Shown here: positions 59,541 through 64,000 of the stretch, piece by piece | How the letters are laid out: each line of letters begins with the position of its first letter | How positions within the stretch are numbered: position 1 is the stretch's first letter | Origin: Alphaproteobacteria bacterium | Lineage (GTDB): Bacteria > Pseudomonadota > Alphaproteobacteria > RF32 > CAG-239 | DNA length: 64,000 nt | Direction: 5' to 3' | Assembly: GCA_017635595.1 (NCBI GenBank) | Contig: JAGBLF010000023.1 | Coordinates: 8,398-72,397 of the forward strand | Translations under genes and position numbers: made by a program | The notes under the pieces: model-generated | Told to the model about the DNA's origin: nothing | Seen by the model: only the letters and a program-made list of their open reading frames with translations | Databases searched by the model: none

Positions 59541-59569
59541 AAAAAAGCAGAGGATTTAAAATCCTCCGC
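59541..59569 (-). terminator. Rho-independent terminator (GCGGAGGATTTTAAATCCTCTGC-TTTTTT on minus strand) after the flotillin gene
   Basis: Perfect 9-bp stem plus U-run. Confidence 0.6.
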
Positions 59570-59577
59570 CCACTTTT

Positions 59578-60975
59578 TTATTCTTTAGTCTTTTTCTCTT
59601 TTTTACCGACGACTTTGTCGATAACCTGTTGTCCGATAGGGCTTTGTGCCATTGTTTCGAACATACCGGCCAAATTCAACCCGCCTTGCGGCGAAAAGAC
59701 ATCGGCGACCTTAGACACACCCGACGGTATGGTATTTGCCATTGTGTTAATTTTAATATCGGCATTACCCAAGTTTTTAGCTTGTTCAATACCGACTTCA
59801 CACAAAGCTTTGATTTGTTCCAAACGAACCAAATAGTCTTGATAACCTTGATTCTCACCTATTTCCTTAGCCAACGTGATTTGCGCATTAACCGGTGCCA
59901 ATTCCATTTGCTTTTTGGCTTCGGCTTCGGCTTTACCTTTAGCTTCGATAGCTTGAGCTTCTTTCAAACCTTTGCTCAATTCGGCCTCGGCTTTCAATTC
60001 GATTTGTCGTTTATCGGCCTCGGCGCGCAATTCGACTTGTGCTTTGACGGCTTCTGCGTTCTTAACCGCAACTTCTTTATTTTGTTCAGCCAAAATAATA
60101 TTGGCTTCTTTATCGATTTCGGCTTTTTTAACCTGAGTGACTTTTTGAACTTCCATTTCTTTTTCTGCAGTTACTTTTGCCTGTTCTTTAACGGCTTGTT
60201 TTGCCCGTTCGTCTGCCAAACCGACTTCTCGTTGAACTGTTGCCTTTTTCATGCCGACTTGCTGATTAGCTTCTTCTTGCTTTAAATCGACATCCTGAGC
60301 GGCCTGAATTTCGGCTTCGCGTGCTTTTTTCATATTAGCGGCAACTTCCGAACGCGACTGCATTTCGATTTCGGATGATTTTTTTGCCATAATATTACCG
60401 ATAACTTCAGAATCTTTGGCATCACGAACATCCATCAACTCGATATTCTTCACCGGCTCAACACCCCAATTACCGAGCTGTTCTTTAACCATTTCTGTAA
60501 ACCTCGAACCGTAAATAGCACGCTCACCCATAATATCTTCAAGCTCGGCATTGGCCATAATGGAACGTACCGCACCGCGTACAATGTCGGTAATTTGATT
60601 TTTTAATTCGGAAAAATCACTGATTCGCGCCGCCGCCGTATTAGAATCCGAAATACGGAAAAACGCTTTAACATCAACAACAAAAGGCAAACGCCCTTTA
60701 TCATAAGCCTCATAGGCAACCAATGTGACATCAAAAACAGAAATAGGCAAAGTTGTTCGTGTAACACCGATATAAGGGATACATGCCGGAAATTCATAAT
60801 ATACATTTCCTCTGTTTTCCTTGGAGCCTTTACCGTAAGAAATTGTTTCTTTACCGCGTTGAATAATATGCACCTCATTAGTCGGCACAACGCGACGTAA
60901 ACTGAATACCCAAAAAGCCAAAACGACAATAACTGTCGCTAACACAACCAAGGCAATGATAACATTTTCTCCCAT
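59578..60975 (-). CDS. Flotillin-like SPFH/band-7 domain protein with long coiled coil
   Basis: N-terminal TM, SPFH domain, then a long Ala/Glu/Lys-rich heptad region (EAQAIEAKGKAEAEAKKQ). Start at ATG 60975, preceded by GGGAGG. Confidence 0.75.
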   Translation of the reverse strand: MGENVIIALVVLATVIVVLAFWVFSLRRVVPTNEVHIIQRGKETISYGKGSKENRGNVYYEFPACIPYIGVTRTTLPISVFDVTLVAYEAYDKGRLPFVVDVKAFFRISDSNTAAARISDFSELKNQITDIVRGAVRSIMANAELEDIMGERAIYGSRFTEMVKEQLGNWGVEPVKNIELMDVRDAKDSEVIGNIMAKKSSEIEMQSRSEVAANMKKAREAEIQAAQDVDLKQEEANQQVGMKKATVQREVGLADERAKQAVKEQAKVTAEKEMEVQKVTQVKKAEIDKEANIILAEQNKEVAVKNAEAVKAQVELRAEADKRQIELKAEAELSKGLKEAQAIEAKGKAEAEAKKQMELAPVNAQITLAKEIGENQGYQDYLVRLEQIKALCEVGIEQAKNLGNADIKINTMANTIPSGVSKVADVFSPQGGLNLAGMFETMAQSPIGQQVIDKVVGKKEKKTKE

Positions 60976-61081
60976 AATAACCTCCCGGAAAATAAATTTA
61001 TAATATATATCGCATTCATGATACACAATCGGCACCAAATGTAAAGAGATATTGCATATTTTTAATATACACGGTGTTCAA

Positions 61082-62242
61082 TTAATCCACTTTATTACTT
61101 AATCCGCGCTCGCCAAAGAAAAATCGTAAAAACTCTTTATCAATATCATACAGCGTTTCAATATTTTTTACCGATTCACACTCGTTGACTTTGTGAATAG
61201 TCCCGTTAGTCAGGCCGTATTCGACAACCGGACAATAATTTTTCACAAAGCGGGCATCTGATGTCCCGCCGGCGGTTGAATAAGCCGGTTCTTTACCGGT
61301 ATGCTCGGCAATAATTTTTTGCAAAGCTTTTATATTATCATCTATCGGAGATAAAAATGATTCGCCGATGTACTCCGGTGTAACGTCAAATTTCCCCTCC
61401 GTCTGGCTGATATGTCTGTTACACCAAGCTTCAATATCTTTGTAAGTATGCTCCGAATTAAAACGAATATCAATCGTCGCTTTCGCCGTATTCGGCACAA
61501 CATTTGTCGCACCGTTACCGACATCAAAGGTCGTGATATGCAGTGTTGAAGGACCGAAAAATTTATTACCCGCATCAAGCGTATCATTTTGCATAGCATA
61601 CAGCAAATTAATCAAATTGTGCGCGGCATTACTTTCGGCCGGTGCATAGGCGGTATGCCCGCTCTGCCCGTATGATGTAATATGTAATACGAAATCACCG
61701 CGCCGACCCACTTTAATTTCATCACCCATCGTTTTCGGATTTGACGGTTCTCCGACCAAAGCAAAATCAAAAATTTCACCTTCATTATGTAATTGTTCCA
61801 AAATGCACCGCGTACCCTCGACAACAGGTTCCTCCTCATCACCTGAAAAAATCATGGTTATTTTACCGGCAAATTTATTGCCACTGATAAAGTCCTTGCA
61901 AGCCTCAATAAAACATGCCGCACCGCCTTTCATATCGGCAATACCGCGTCCATACAAAACGCCGTCTTTAATAATGGCATCAAACGGCGGTTGTTGCCAT
62001 TCGGTTTCAGCTCCGGCAGGCACCACATCAATATGTCCGGCAAACAGTAAATGCGGATGCCCTTCTCCGTAAGCGGCACACAGATTGACAACCTTATTAC
62101 CGTTATTTTCATACGTCAGTGTGCGCGTTTTAAAACCGCACTGTTCCGAATAATCTTTCAAAAAGCTGATAATCTCTTGCGTATTGCCTGTAAAACTCGG
62201 AAAACGAACCAATTTTTGGCACAAATCTATTACTTCGGACAT
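61082..62242 (-). CDS. dapE: M20-family peptidase, succinyl-diaminopimelate desuccinylase-like
   Basis: Metal-binding motifs AGHIDVVP, GRGIADMKGG, GDEE. Start at ATG 62242, preceded by GGAGGA. Confidence 0.7.
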   Translation of the reverse strand: MSEVIDLCQKLVRFPSFTGNTQEIISFLKDYSEQCGFKTRTLTYENNGNKVVNLCAAYGEGHPHLLFAGHIDVVPAGAETEWQQPPFDAIIKDGVLYGRGIADMKGGAACFIEACKDFISGNKFAGKITMIFSGDEEEPVVEGTRCILEQLHNEGEIFDFALVGEPSNPKTMGDEIKVGRRGDFVLHITSYGQSGHTAYAPAESNAAHNLINLLYAMQNDTLDAGNKFFGPSTLHITTFDVGNGATNVVPNTAKATIDIRFNSEHTYKDIEAWCNRHISQTEGKFDVTPEYIGESFLSPIDDNIKALQKIIAEHTGKEPAYSTAGGTSDARFVKNYCPVVEYGLTNGTIHKVNECESVKNIETLYDIDKEFLRFFFGERGLSNKVD

Positions 62243-62488
62243 ATTTCCTCCAATCCTTGCCATTATACAGTGTAAATTTTATTTGACAATTCTGAATTTA
62301 ACAGTAATATCAAAAAAGTTTTGAAAGATGAAAATGATGAAGTTAGAATTTATTCATATTGATTTTGTTCGCAATATTTTTTTGCGACGATGACTTGTGT
62401 TTCAATAAAAAAAGAATACTTAAACATCATCACATTAAAAGTTAAAAATCCGTTTTGCGGGTTCTGGCAGAAACACGAGGAAATGAAA

Positions 62489-63262
62489 ATGAATAACGAC
62501 GACTTAATACTTAAAAAATTAGATATCACCGACTTAAAAAGCTTAATCGATTTGCAAGATAAAATCATCTCCGATTTAAAAGTTGATGAGCAACACTTTA
62601 TTTTACATCGGACGGCCAGTGACTTTTTAAACGCGCTCGAGAGTAAATCGATGTATGTGTTCGGTCTCTACGACGGTGACAGACTTGTTTCGCAATCTAT
62701 TTTATCTTTGCCGCACGATAACGACCACCGCGAGATTTCCGAATTTTTAAGTGATACCCCTAACTCCGAATTGGCTGTCTATAAAGCTGTTTTGGTTGAT
62801 CCCGAATACCGCGGACGCGGCTTAATGAAACGGATGCTGCGCACTCGTGAAGAAGCCGCTATTTTGAACGGCCGCCATATTGCCATTACCCAAATTGCCG
62901 CCGATAATCCGGCCAGTTGGATTAACGCGCTGCGTTACGGCATGCAAATTACCAAAGTCGGCTTTGATCCGGAAGACAATGCCGAAGTAATTTATTTACA
63001 AAAACGCCTCGACGGTAAGGTCGACCCGAAAATCGATATGGAACAGGAATATGCCATGTCGCTCGGTAACGATATTCATCATCAGGTGCCTATTTTGTTC
63101 AACAAAATGCAAAAACTGTCGGCCGAAGGTTGGATTGCAACCGATATCAAAGTTGCTGACGACGGATTTAAGTTAATATGGCATCCGAAAGAAGAAGCGC
63201 AGAGAAATCACAAACAAATTAAAGTTCCGTTGCGCCGTGCAGCCCATTTAGAACTTTCGTAG
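62489..63262 (+). CDS. GNAT-family N-acetyltransferase-like protein
   Basis: Acetyl-CoA-binding-like motif VDPEYRGRGLMKRML. Start at the second ATG after GAGGAA. Confidence 0.45.
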   Translation: MNNDDLILKKLDITDLKSLIDLQDKIISDLKVDEQHFILHRTASDFLNALESKSMYVFGLYDGDRLVSQSILSLPHDNDHREISEFLSDTPNSELAVYKAVLVDPEYRGRGLMKRMLRTREEAAILNGRHIAITQIAADNPASWINALRYGMQITKVGFDPEDNAEVIYLQKRLDGKVDPKIDMEQEYAMSLGNDIHHQVPILFNKMQKLSAEGWIATDIKVADDGFKLIWHPKEEAQRNHKQIKVPLRRAAHLELS

Positions 63263-63438
63263 TCTGATTAATTCCACATAGATATTAATTTTTAGGAATT
63301 TCCTATATACAAAATCTGACTCTTTTTGCATTTACTACTTATGGTACGCAAAATTTTATCAGACAAAAAAGTTGACAAACGAATATTTTATTTGTAAGAT
63401 GGTATAAATCTTCAAATTATTAACCATAATTTACTATT

Positions 63439-63831
63439 ATGAAACATTCATTATTTAACTGTGTAGGTATCATAATTATGTCATGGATAGCCTGCGCCGC
63501 GTGTTCCGCTATTGAAGAAGATTTCGGAACTTTCGGAACTTACAGTATCAAATCCGCCAGTCAGACAGAAATTCACTTTTTCCATCTGACGACGTGCCCT
63601 CGAAGCAACAGTGCTAAAAGCTACATTAACGAGAATTACCCTGGCCTGAAGGTCAAGTACATTGACATCAGCGACGATCAAGGAGAAGCTTTACTCAATG
63701 TCGCCCGAAAAGAGTATAAACTCGGAAATTACATCAGCACACCACTGATCTGTTGCGGTGATACCTGCATTCAAGGATGGGATGTCGAGCAACAACAACA
63801 GTTTGATGACTGCGTACAGCGTTATCGATAA
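63439..63831 (+). CDS. Secreted Cys-containing protein, possible thioredoxin/glutaredoxin-like fold
   Basis: Signal peptide. TCPRS and CCGDTC motifs. Terminator follows. Confidence 0.35.
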   Translation: MKHSLFNCVGIIIMSWIACAACSAIEEDFGTFGTYSIKSASQTEIHFFHLTTCPRSNSAKSYINENYPGLKVKYIDISDDQGEALLNVARKEYKLGNYISTPLICCGDTCIQGWDVEQQQQFDDCVQRYR

Positions 63832-63862
63832 ATAAGCACACAAACCATCTACTGAATCCATA

Positions 63863-63889
63863 AAAAAACTCCCGCAAAGGGAGTTTTTT
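63863..63889 (+). terminator. Rho-independent terminator (AAAAAACTCCCGCAAAGGGAGTTTTTT)
   Basis: Perfect hairpin plus T-run. Confidence 0.55.
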
Positions 63890-64000
63890 AATTCGTGTAA
63901 CATGATCAATTCTGCTGTCGCAACCAATTTCGGAAGGCTTCATCAGTCATGTCATCAAGATCAACACTGCTTCGGTGACCGATATCCGAACCCTCATCTG

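Noticed and set aside
59629-60285. 218-aa plus-strand ORF antisense to the flotillin gene
   Set aside because: It is a Phe/Cys-rich translation of the antisense of a Lys/Glu/Ala-rich coiled-coil region. This is an antisense artefact.

Overview
AT-rich bacterial chromosome segment with alphaproteobacterial hallmarks: a permuted two-piece tmRNA with tag ANDNFAPVAVAA next to sspB, adk placed between secY and rpsM, and protein sequences resembling an obligate intracellular symbiont. About 55 genes can be supported. Housekeeping genes include queA, lgt, trkH, metG, xseB, ispA, an lptF/G-like permease, cysK, gmk, trmB, anmK, a flotillin and dapE. A near-complete S10-spc-alpha ribosomal-protein superoperon lies on the minus strand from rpsJ (52.1 kb) to rpoA (35.9 kb). 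Two tRNAs are present: Ser-CGA at 26.48 kb and Val-GAC at 54.92 kb. Three regions stand out. (1) tRNA-Ser is followed by two duplicated copies of its 3' end, which look like att-site scars, and then by a 6.5-kb minus-strand cluster of a Cys-rich tandem AAA+ ATPase, a WYL-domain regulator, a PD-(D/E)xK-like protein and a beta-CASP MBL-fold nuclease. This is a candidate uncharacterised defence or nuclease island. (2) The ribosomal superoperon is broken after rplO by a bidirectional terminator and a 3.4-kb insertion. The insertion carries three tandem glycine-zipper membrane paralogs that share a conserved C-terminal F-N-F-T-N-L-Q-N-Q-G-G-R-K-F-like tail. (3) Where rplQ is expected downstream of rpoA there is instead a composite ~86-bp tandem repeat array built around the module GTGTACAAA-N-AGTACATAAG. 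A further copy of this module sits in the rpmD-rplO spacer and a related hairpin at 55.1 kb. Next to the array is a pilin-like membrane protein containing 27-bp in-frame tandem repeats. No CRISPR array, integrase, transposase or rRNA was detected. Coordinates of small RNA and regulatory features are hand-counted and may be off by a few bases.
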